From a bacterium (GTDB taxonomy: Bacteria > Patescibacteriota > Minisyncoccia > Minisyncoccales > CG1-02-41-26): DNA of 64,000 bases. Shown here piece by piece: positions 1 through 8,700 of this stretch. The stretch spans positions 30,404-94,403 of the forward strand of contig JAUWWY010000002.1 of NCBI GenBank assembly GCA_030616605.1, read 5' to 3'. Each line of letters begins with the position of its first letter. The first letter of the stretch is position 1. Position numbers and translations under genes: made by a program. Below the pieces are notes generated by a model. It was given only the letters and a program-made list of their open reading frames with translations. It searched no databases and had not been told where the DNA came from.

Positions 1-584
1 GCCCCGGTTGATAAAACATTGTAATCAATAGAAGTAATAATCTGGAGAGCATTTAAAGTAGGCATATCGGGATGAACACTAGTAGTGTTGGTAGCCGTGG
101 CTGTTTGGTTATCTTCAGCAATTACATCACAGTCCCAGGTATCGGCGACAGCATCAGTTGGAGTAGCAAAGAACCAGATATCAGCAGTGCAAGTAGCATA
201 GACATTATTACCGTCTATTTCACCTAAATTGCAAGCTATTTGAGTATAACAATCATTACCATCATCATCACAAGATGCCCCAGCCGAAGTGAGATACATG
301 GTAGCAGTAGCATGATCAACAGTTCCACCTCCGTTAGTGTCGGTTATTGTAGCAGTGCAGGTGGCAGTGGTAGTGCCATTTTCAGTTAAGGCAGTTGGAA
401 GGTCTAATTCAACATCACTGACGGTTGGGGTAGCATTTCCTACTTGGACTTGAGAAGTAACAGTACTGGTAGTAACTGCTTTTACTGCTGGTGACCAAAA
501 AGAAGCAAAACCAATTCCAATCATTAAAAAAGCTATACCAAAGAAGATTGTCCAAGATATTGTTCTTTTAGTTTTTTCTGCCAT
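1..584 (-). CDS. Membrane-anchored/secreted surface protein, paralog A (3' part runs off the window; about 194 N-terminal codons present)
   Basis: Absent from the ORF track because it is open at the window edge. The ATG at 584 (minus) reads MAEKTKRTISWTIFFGIAFLMIGIGF... Nt 470-584 are nearly identical to 1510-1638, and nt 1-70 to 1056-1125, of the next gene. Confidence 0.7.
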   Translation of the reverse strand, partial: MAEKTKRTISWTIFFGIAFLMIGIGFASFWSPAVKAVTTSTVTSQVQVGNATPTVSDVELDLPTALTENGTTTATCTATITDTNGGGTVDHATATMYLTSAGASCDDDGNDCYTQIACNLGEIDGNNVYATCTADIWFFATPTDAVADTWDCDVIAEDNQTATATNTTSVHPDMPTLNALQIITSIDYNVLSTG

Positions 585-723
585 TAGTTATCTTTCTAAA
601 ATACAAAAATAATATTTTTATCCGACCTTTTAATTTTATTTAATTATCCATTTATTATAGCAAATATTATAGCAAATAAGAATATTTAAATACAATAAAC
701 AATATTTATCCATAGCACTATAT

Positions 724-1638
724 TTATGAATCTGGTGTTGCCACAATTGAAGTAGTTGAGTTATAAGTACCCGCTGCTGTGCCCGAAGGAACTTTCATTT
801 TCCAGTAGACAGTATCAAATGAGTTAGAAGGACTTTGCGTTGGTTTTATCAAGACAGCCTCGATTTTATCATAACTGGTGGTAGAACAAGAAGTCATACT
901 TTCATAAGGGTTATCAATCAAAGAATACACCTGTTCATCTCCGCCAATAGTGACACCATTGCCAGCTAAAATAAAATCTGTTGAAGAAGCAAGTAAGTCA
1001 AGAGCAGCATTACCAGTTGTTGTCGCAATGGTTGTTTGACTTGCTGAACTGGTTGCCCCGGTTGATAAAATCTCATAATCAATAGAAGAAGTAATCTGGA
1101 GAGCATTTAAAGTTGGCATATCAACAGGGATGATGGTCATACTGCTACCCGTGGCTGCTTGGTTGTCTTCAGCAATTACCTTACAGTTCCATTCGCCTGG
1201 AACAGCAAAGAACCAGATAGGTTCAGTGCAAGTAGCATAGACATTATTACCACTTACATCTCCTAAACTGCAAGCTATTTGGGTATAACAATCATTATCA
1301 TCATCATCACAAGATGCCCCAGCCGAATCGAGGTACATGGTAGCAGTAGCATATTCAACAGTATTACCTCCCTGTAGGTCAATTACGGTAGCAGTGCAGG
1401 TGGCAGTGATAGTACTGTTTTCAGCTAAAGCGGTTGGAAGGTCTAAGTAAACACTGCTGAAAGTTGGGCTATCGTTTCCTACTTCAACCTGAGCAATAAC
1501 AGTATTGGTAGTAACTGCTTTTACTGCTGGTGACCAAAAAGAAAAAGTCCAAAAAGAAGCAAAACCAATTCCAATCATTAAAAAAGCTATACCAAAGAAG
1601 ATTGTCCAAGATATTGTTCTTTTAGTTTTTTCTGGCAT
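724..1638 (-). CDS. Membrane-anchored/secreted Cys-containing surface protein, paralog B
   Basis: ORF 724..1659. The start is moved to the ATG at 1638 (MPEKTKRTISW) by homology to the paralog A start. It has an N-terminal TM/signal segment and the shared module TATCTATV.DL.GG...CY..I.C...YATCT..IWF. Confidence 0.65.
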   Translation of the reverse strand: MPEKTKRTISWTIFFGIAFLMIGIGFASFWTFSFWSPAVKAVTTNTVIAQVEVGNDSPTFSSVYLDLPTALAENSTITATCTATVIDLQGGNTVEYATATMYLDSAGASCDDDDNDCYTQIACSLGDVSGNNVYATCTEPIWFFAVPGEWNCKVIAEDNQAATGSSMTIIPVDMPTLNALQITSSIDYEILSTGATSSASQTTIATTTGNAALDLLASSTDFILAGNGVTIGGDEQVYSLIDNPYESMTSCSTTSYDKIEAVLIKPTQSPSNSFDTVYWKMKVPSGTAAGTYNSTTSIVATPDS

Positions 1639-1687
1639 TCTTATTTTTCTGAAATACAATAATAATCATTTTTTATTTTACCATATT

Positions 1688-3757
1688 TTAGGGGGTGTCT
1701 GCTGTTGCCACAATTGAAGTAGTTGCGTAATAAATACCAAAAGTTTGACCCAAAGGAATCCCCATTTTCCAATAAATAGTATCAGTTGAAGTAGAAGGGT
1801 CGCTGTAGGGTTTATCCAATTCAGTCTCGATTCTCTCCCAACTAGTAGTAGAACAAGAAGTCATACTTTCATAAGCAACATTACTTAAAGAATATGCCTG
1901 TTTATCTCCGGGAATAGTAGTACCATTGCCAACCAAAATAAAATCTGTTGAAGAAGCAAGTAAGTCAAGAGCAGCATTACCAGTAGTAGTAGCAATGGTT
2001 GTTTGACTATCCGTACTGGTTCCCCCGCCTCCCAATTTTCCATAATTAATAGAAGAAATAATAATTACAGCATTAAGAGTATTTAATTCCGGAGGGTCAC
2101 CATCTGTATTGTTGCCAGTAGCTCCTTGGTTGTCTCTAGCAATTACATAGCACTGCCAAGTTTCTCCGGAATAATCGCCACTATCAGTTGGGTCAGCATG
2201 AAACCAAATATCAGCCGTGCAAGTAGCATATTTGTTGTTGCCAACTGGTGGATCCGATAAATCACAGGTTATATCCTGGTAACAATTATTATTATCTTGG
2301 GAGCAAGAAGAAGTTGCTGCCACTCCTGAACGGTAAATAGTGGCTGTAGCAGCAGTAATTTGATCACCCCCATCAAGGTCTTCTATGGTAGCTGTGCAGG
2401 TAGCAGTGGTAGTGCCATTTTCATTAACAGTAATACTTGGATAAGGGATTAAATTAACACTAGGAACTGTCGGGGGATTGTTGGGAATACCAACAGTTTG
2501 CTCATGAAATCGCACATTGCCGTTCGTCTGGGTAGTGTAGGTCAGCTGAATCTTGGAATCGCTATTATAATCTTTCCTCCCTGCAGAGAGATAGGCCAGG
2601 GATTCGCCTGACCCATCAACGATTTCGGTTTCAGACCCGGTCCAATCTATTGTAGTATCATCTGAGGTTTTGTACCAAATATCCTGAGAATCAGAACTTT
2701 TGACATAAAACGCAACGATCTCTCCATCAGTTGCATTATGGCTTAAAGACAATGTATTCACCGCCTCACCAGAGAAAACAGTGTTTTTTGCTCCGAACAC
2801 TGGCGTGGCGCTGGAAAAATCAATTGTCTGGTGAATGAGATTAGTGCCGTCTTTATACAAAACATGGGCATTGGTGCTGTCGTCGCTGACGAGTGAAAAC
2901 ATGCCGTTGGTCATGGTCAAAGCGGTTTCTGTGTCTTCCGAGGAAACAGTTATAGAGGTGTTCCATGTTGCTTTTTTCGTCCTCAATATCGCGGTGGTGT
3001 CCTGCCAGACAATCCCTATTGCATTAATGCCGATATTAACAGCAGCAACATAGTTTATTACAGTTTGATCGGTATCATCAACAGGTTGAGCGCCAGTCCA
3101 GCTGGGCGCATCAGGAGGGGCAGTGGGGTCTGCTGCTGAATCAGCATCAACATACACCTTCCAACTGTCGCCGCTATCTGTTGCGCACACCATCCACACT
3201 CTCCCGCCGGTATCAATCACCACAGCAATATTGTGTCCCTTCGCACAAGTGCCAGCGTCTTGGACAAGTCCCCAGCTAAAGTCGTCATTACCAGTGGTGA
3301 CACTGCCGTGCACATAGTTGGTTTTAGTATTAAATTGCGGGTTAATATGCACTGCGTGCAACGTGGTCCCATCTACAAAAATATCAACGCCGGCTTCATA
3401 ACCAGCTATTAGATCACTAACCCCTGAATCAACATTGACTGTCCACCCTGATATACCAGTTGATGACCACGCGTAGTCAGCATGTTCTCTGGCTCCTCCA
3501 CCGGGCCCATAATAAAAAGTATAGTAATTCTGATTCCCCACAGGGTTGCGGAACGCATAATGGAAGTTTTCGTATCGGGTGGCATCGGTGTTTTCGGTAC
3601 CAACCGTACTAGTAGCGTAAGCGATCTTTGTCTCAGGTGGCACCGGCGGCTTTTTCCAAATCTGCGGCCAACCAGAAAAAATCCAAAAGGCAACCATCAA
3701 AAAAATCACCAGAATAACTAAAGAGTTTTTAAAATTATTCTTTATAATTTTCCCCAT
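1688..3757 (-). CDS. Large surface protein, paralog C. N-terminal TM anchor, central more G+C-rich region with Asp-box-like motifs (DSGDSW, SDDTTIDW), C-terminal module shared with paralogs A and B
   Basis: 689-aa ORF. The C-terminal ~230 aa align by eye with the 724..1638 product (TTATCTATIEDLDGG..., QTTIATTTGNAALDLLASSTDFIL, SMTSCSTTS, IYWKM). Confidence 0.65.
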   Translation of the reverse strand: MGKIIKNNFKNSLVILVIFLMVAFWIFSGWPQIWKKPPVPPETKIAYATSTVGTENTDATRYENFHYAFRNPVGNQNYYTFYYGPGGGAREHADYAWSSTGISGWTVNVDSGVSDLIAGYEAGVDIFVDGTTLHAVHINPQFNTKTNYVHGSVTTGNDDFSWGLVQDAGTCAKGHNIAVVIDTGGRVWMVCATDSGDSWKVYVDADSAADPTAPPDAPSWTGAQPVDDTDQTVINYVAAVNIGINAIGIVWQDTTAILRTKKATWNTSITVSSEDTETALTMTNGMFSLVSDDSTNAHVLYKDGTNLIHQTIDFSSATPVFGAKNTVFSGEAVNTLSLSHNATDGEIVAFYVKSSDSQDIWYKTSDDTTIDWTGSETEIVDGSGESLAYLSAGRKDYNSDSKIQLTYTTQTNGNVRFHEQTVGIPNNPPTVPSVNLIPYPSITVNENGTTTATCTATIEDLDGGDQITAATATIYRSGVAATSSCSQDNNNCYQDITCDLSDPPVGNNKYATCTADIWFHADPTDSGDYSGETWQCYVIARDNQGATGNNTDGDPPELNTLNAVIIISSINYGKLGGGGTSTDSQTTIATTTGNAALDLLASSTDFILVGNGTTIPGDKQAYSLSNVAYESMTSCSTTSWERIETELDKPYSDPSTSTDTIYWKMGIPLGQTFGIYYATTSIVATADTP

Positions 3758-3816
3758 GTTCTTATTTTAGCACAAAAAACTTTCTCAAAAAAATTAAGGA
3801 TGTGGAAAAAACTAAG

Positions 3817-4911
3817 TTAAAGGTTAGTTCTTTTTAAGCTCGCTAAGATTCCCAAACCAAGATAAAAAGCCAAGAGTTGGGAGCCACCGTAGCTGACAAA
3901 AGGCAAGGGGATACCGATTATCGGCAAAACCCCAAGAGCCATTCCTATATTTATAAAACTTTGAGAAAGAAGTAAAAAACTGAAGCCAGCAGCAAATAAC
4001 CTGGTAAAATTGTCCTCAGCACTTAGGGCAATTTTCATTATCTGCCAGAAAAGAAAACTGAATAAAAATATTAAAACAAACACCCCTAAAAAACCTGTTT
4101 CTTCAGCAATAGCTGAAAAAATAAAATCAGTCTGGGGTTCTGGTAAAAAACCGTACTGGGCTTGAGAACCTTTGAAAAGTCCCTTTCCCAAAAGGCCACC
4201 CGAGCCTATGGCAATTTTTGACTGATTAATATTCCAGGAAATTCCCTGAGGGTCAACTTGCTGATTTAAAAAGCTCAAAACTCTTTGTTTTTGATAATCT
4301 TTTAACCAAAACTGCCAGGAAAACCCACCAATAATTAAAAAAACTAAAAATAAAATTAAAAAATGACGAAGTTTAATTCCAGAGAAAATAATAATTCCCA
4401 GCCAGACTGAAATCAAAATAAGAGAAGAACCAAGGTCTGGTTGAAATAAAACTAAAAAGAAAGGAATAAGAAGATAAATCCCGGAAAACAGAATTGGTTG
4501 AAACCTTTTAGTTTCAATATGACGAAAGGAAAAATACTTACTTAAAACAACAATTAAGCAGATTACAACAAGCGGTACAGGATCAAAAGAAAAAATTCCT
4601 GCTTTATACCATCCTTTAACTCCTCTTACTTCACTGCCAAATAAAAACAATCCCCCTAAACTCAGTAAACCCAAAAGATAAAAACCCAAAACTAAATAAG
4701 AATTTGTTTTTAAAAATCTTAGGTCAAAAAAACTGAAAAAAATCAGCAAAAAAATACCCAGAGCAAAAAAGGCAATTTGTTTTTTGAAATTAAAAAAATC
4801 CTCTATTCCAAGAGAAGAACTATAAATAGATAAAAGTCCAAAAGAAGTTAGAAGGAAAGCTGGTAAAATTAAAAACCAGTTAAGTTTTTTAAAATAAATT
4901 AAAAAATTCAT
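3817..4911 (-). CDS. FtsW/RodA/SpoVE (SEDS) family peptidoglycan polymerase
   Basis: 364-aa polytopic membrane protein with family-typical motifs (QPDLGS, AEETGF, PFVSYGGS). Confidence 0.85.
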   Translation of the reverse strand: MNFLIYFKKLNWFLILPAFLLTSFGLLSIYSSSLGIEDFFNFKKQIAFFALGIFLLIFFSFFDLRFLKTNSYLVLGFYLLGLLSLGGLFLFGSEVRGVKGWYKAGIFSFDPVPLVVICLIVVLSKYFSFRHIETKRFQPILFSGIYLLIPFFLVLFQPDLGSSLILISVWLGIIIFSGIKLRHFLILFLVFLIIGGFSWQFWLKDYQKQRVLSFLNQQVDPQGISWNINQSKIAIGSGGLLGKGLFKGSQAQYGFLPEPQTDFIFSAIAEETGFLGVFVLIFLFSFLFWQIMKIALSAEDNFTRLFAAGFSFLLLSQSFINIGMALGVLPIIGIPLPFVSYGGSQLLAFYLGLGILASLKRTNL

Positions 4912-4923
4912 AAATTAAGAATA

Positions 4924-4941
4924 TCACCGTCCCGACCGGTG
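4924..4941 (-). repeat. REP-like hairpin repeat, copy E (inverted orientation): TCACCGTCCCGACCGGTG
   Basis: Reverse complement of the 18-mer CACCGGTCGGGACGGTGA found four more times within 1.3 kb. It can fold as a CACCG/CGGTG stem. Confidence 0.8.
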
Positions 4942-5685
4942 TTTTTCCTTTTCTTCTGCCTCCTCTAGAGCGAGCTCGGCGAATTCCCTAATTTCTCCCT
5001 TGTACCTTATCCAATTTTCAACAAACTTTTTGCAACCTTGTGGACCATTCATTACCTTTGACAAAAATTCTCTCTCGGTGACCGATGGAAAATTCTTTTT
5101 GCCAATATAATCAGGATAACTTGACCATTTATAATTTTCCAAAAACTTAATGACTTTCTCTGGGTTTTGAATTCCTATTTCTTTCCATTTTGGCTCAATA
5201 AGAGAAATGGGGTTGGCGTGGATATAAACAAATACAACTTTTAATTGGTTATCGTCTTCGATGTGAACCGAAACGAATCTGTTTTGAAAAACATGGCCTT
5301 TGCGATTGTATTTTCTATTGAAATATCCCCCATAACCTCCACCTATCTTTTGCATAAAGTTGGAAATTCCCTCGTCTTTTAGCTGTTTCAACAATAAATG
5401 GATATGATTGGGCATAAGAGAAAAAGTTAAAACTTCAACAATTTTATCCCGTTCATCATTGACACCGGTCGGGACGGTGATGGTTTCTTTGAGGGCTTTT
5501 TTCATTTGGGCACGAACTTTCCTCCGTTCCCTAATCTTTACTAATCTGGCCGTATTAAACTCATAAATGGAGAAAATTCCACGATAATAGTCATCAATAT
5601 CTTTGAAAATTAAATTATCATCAATTGCTCTTAGAGTAACGTGATAAATTTCGCTGTTTGCAAATTGTTGTTCTCTATAAGGCAT
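4924..5685 (-). CDS. REP-associated tyrosine transposase (RAYT; IS200-like Y1/HUH transposase fold)
   Basis: HUH motif MPNHIHLLL and downstream VYIHANP tyrosine motif. The ATG at 5685 is preferred over the GTG at 5697 used in the track. The last five codons plus stop (HRSGR*) are supplied by a REP copy. Confidence 0.75.
   Translation of the reverse strand: MPYREQQFANSEIYHVTLRAIDDNLIFKDIDDYYRGIFSIYEFNTARLVKIRERRKVRAQMKKALKETITVPTGVNDERDKIVEVLTFSLMPNHIHLLLKQLKDEGISNFMQKIGGGYGGYFNRKYNRKGHVFQNRFVSVHIEDDNQLKVVFVYIHANPISLIEPKWKEIGIQNPEKVIKFLENYKWSSYPDYIGKKNFPSVTEREFLSKVMNGPQGCKKFVENWIRYKGEIREFAELALEEAEEKEKHRSGR
5463..5480 (+). repeat. REP-like hairpin repeat, copy A (inside the RAYT coding sequence, in frame as TVPTG)
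   Basis: Exact CACCGGTCGGGACGGTGA. Confidence 0.8.
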
Positions 5686-5694
5686 AAATAGTGT

Positions 5695-5712
5695 CACCGG
5701 TCGGGACGGTGA
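5695..5712 (+). repeat. REP-like hairpin repeat, copy B (between the RAYT start and the giant-gene stop)
   Basis: Exact CACCGGTCGGGACGGTGA. Shares the extended context AATAGTGTCACCGGTCGGGACGGTGATGG with copy C. Confidence 0.8.
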
Positions 5713-5730
5713 TGGCTTTAAATGTTAATC

Positions 5731-8700
5731 TTATGGCGTTGGTTCTGGAGTTGGTTCGGGTTCGGGTTCAGGTTCAGGAGTTGGTTCTGGCTCTGGCTCG
5801 GGCGTTGGTTCAGGTTCAGGAGTTGGTTCTGGCTCGGGCGTTGGTTCAGGTTCAGGAGTTGGTTCTGGCTCTGGCTCGGGCGTTGGTTCAGGTTCAGGAG
5901 TTGGTTCTGGCTCTGGAGTTGGAATAGTGTCACCGGTCGGGACGGTGATGGTTGACTCGGTGATTGTGGTTGTAGCCTGTTCTGAATCTATTGAAGAGGT
6001 TTCTGGAGTAGTTGTTGCTTCAGGGCTAGTGGTTTCTTCGGTGGTAGTTGCTGTTTCAGTAGTAGTTGTGTTCGTAGTCGTAGCTTGGGACTCTGTAGTG
6101 TCTCCTGCCGGGGATTCTTCTTCAGGAGTTGTAGAATCTGTGGTGCCACCTGTGGTGTCACCGGTCGGGACGGTGATGGTGGCGGAATCGCAGTCAGCCT
6201 TGACTCTCATTTGTTGACCATTCTCAACCCAACTACACCAAATCTCACCAGTGATTTGGTCAACCATTTCTAATTTATCAATCCGGGCTGTACCAACTAT
6301 TAGTTTCTTAACCTTAGCCACGCCATTTTCAATAATCAGGCCTAACTTTTGCAAACTGTCTTTTACGGCTTCAGTAAAATTGTGAAGCAAGGTTGTTTGT
6401 TCTGAGCTGGAAGTAGTTGTTGCCCCAATTTTTAATTTCAATTCTTCTATTTGATTTTGCTGCTCTTTTATCATCCCCAAAGCCAAACCACCCAAATCAG
6501 TACCAGATATACCCTTATTATCTCCTAAACCAAAAATGGCATAAAAATCCTCGGAGAATGGACTAAAATGTCTCATTGCTGAATCTATATCTTGTTTATA
6601 AGACCATTCCTGAAGAGGCAATTCTTTCAATTTATTGAGTAACTCTTTCCCATCTATTTCCACAAAGTTATGTTTTATTTCTTTACTTGAACTACCCATC
6701 CACTGCCCAGTACCCATAAGTACATTGTCAGCGCTTACCCAAGCACCAAAACTATTTGCCCCAGCATGCCATCTCTGGGCATAGGGCGCTGTATCATCAG
6801 CATGTATTTGCAACATACCAGTAAGCTCTGCCCCACCATTATCCACAATATCTAAATTACCCACAGGACTATCCGTCCCGATGCCGACGTTTCCTGCAGA
6901 TGTGATTCTCATTGCCTCAGTAAGTGTAGGTCCTGCAGTAACAGAAAATGCAAGGTCTACCCAACCATAATCTGTGTCACCAGTTGGTATTGCTTTAATT
7001 TCAGCATATCTTTCAGTAGGAGCATGTGTTGGGGAAAGTCTTATTGCCACAGAATCCTGACCAAAAACCCTGCCAGAAGTTAATTGTAATAAAACTTTCT
7101 CTCCTGCTGTGGTGTCGGAAATCTCTAAAAGACTTGTAGGACTCCCCGTCCCGATGCCGACATTGCCGTCATTTCTCACATAAAAAGCATCGTCGTCTAA
7201 ATCATACTGTGTCCCAGCAGGCAAAGATTCTGTTGCTATGCCTGATGCTCCTTCAACAGGGGTAAAAACTCCCTGAATTTGTGCTGTGCTGAACTTATTA
7301 TACGTATCTACTTGATAAGCATAAATCTTCAATGTTTTTAGTTCTGACGTATCTGAAGTTAATATAGCTTTAATTGGTATTACTCGATAACCTGCTGATT
7401 GTATGGGAATAAGAGTAATATCGGGACTACTTGACATAGTAGCTTGTTGCCTAATTCTAACCATAAACTGCTGGGAAGATATTCTTAACCAAGTCCCTCC
7501 AACAATACTTACTATAAATATACTCTCAGTTTCGGCATATTGAGAAATAAGGTTCGTCTCTGCTATTTGATACCATTTATTATTATCAGTTGAACCAGAC
7601 TCAGCGGTTAGCCAATAGTTTTGCATTTGACCTTTTGATTTTACAAATCCATTTACATCTAACGTATACTCAGGACTATCCGTCCCGATTCCTAAATTGC
7701 CACCAGTGTTAAAATAAGAATCTCCAATGGTATTGAACCATATTGTAGTACCAGTCGCATCGGCCAGAGTCATGGTAGCATGCTTATTTGTTTGCTCCCA
7801 CAATCCCAAAATAGCATTTCCATCGGAATTAAGAATTTGGAATGGGTGAGTATCTGTACCTGAAGATTGCACTGTTAGTCTCGCCCCAGGACTACTCGTC
7901 CCGATGCCGACTTTACCATCTCGTTGTATTCTCATGTGTTCAATATAACCCGGAGCTGCAGCCCTTGAGCCAAATATTAAATTAACCTCATCTTCAGCAG
8001 GTCTTTCAGCATCAATTATAAAATACTCTCCACCCCCTAAATTAAACTTTATAGGAATATGCGAACCAAATGAATCATTAGTATGCTGAAGATAAAGCCA
8101 AGGAGTAGCATCATAAGGAGATTGAGCAGAGTTGTCGTAAGGACGTATTATCTCAAGATACTTTGCCCTTATATTTCCAGAAACTTCTAAAAGTCTAGCA
8201 GGACTACTCGTCCCGATGCCGACTCTCTGATTTCCTGAATCAATATATAAGACAGGGGTTGAACTTGTGCCAAATTGAGCCGAACCATAGACATCCAAAA
8301 GAGATGCAGGACTACTCGTTCCGATGCCGACGTTGCCATTATCATGTATTCTCATGACTTCTGCATTATTCTGCCCAAATACAACAGGAATATCCTCTAT
8401 TGCTCCGATTGCAAAAGTGGTCGCACTCTGGCTCCAAATAGCATTCATATCATTAGTTGAAATTCCAAATAAAGTGCCACCAGTTGAACTACCATAAGAC
8501 CTTACTTGAATATAATTCCCACTTCCAGAATTGAAACTGGATAAGTAACCTGAATAAGAAACATTGTTTGTTTGTGATACTAAGCCTATATCTTCTGCAC
8601 CAGCTCCATATACATGAACCTTATATACCGGCGTCACTGTCCCGATGCCGACTCTGCCGCTACTGTCAATTCTCATCCTCTCTGTGCCAAATGTTTTGAA

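Noticed and set aside
650-680. A short direct repeat (ATTATAGCAAAT x2) lies upstream of paralog A.
   Set aside because: It is a two-copy A/T-rich repeat in a promoter-like spacer. It is too short to interpret and may simply be part of the promoter.
5463-6176. The regular ~230-bp spacing of four same-orientation REP copies could suggest a CRISPR-like or other spaced-repeat array.
   Set aside because: The 'spacers' are ~210 bp, are unrelated coding sequence (RAYT N-terminus, PEPT repeat, Thr-rich tail), and there are no cas genes. The spacing is recorded under the REP finding but is probably coincidental.
5691-6273. Plus-strand ORFs (5691..5927, 5722..5955, 5927..6217, 6085..6273) and the minus-strand ORF 5718..5933 overlap the 3' end of the giant gene.
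   Set aside because: They are low-complexity translations of the 6-bp-periodic PEPT repeat or Thr-rich region in alternative frames ([24 protein letters not shown]). These are artefacts of repeat periodicity.
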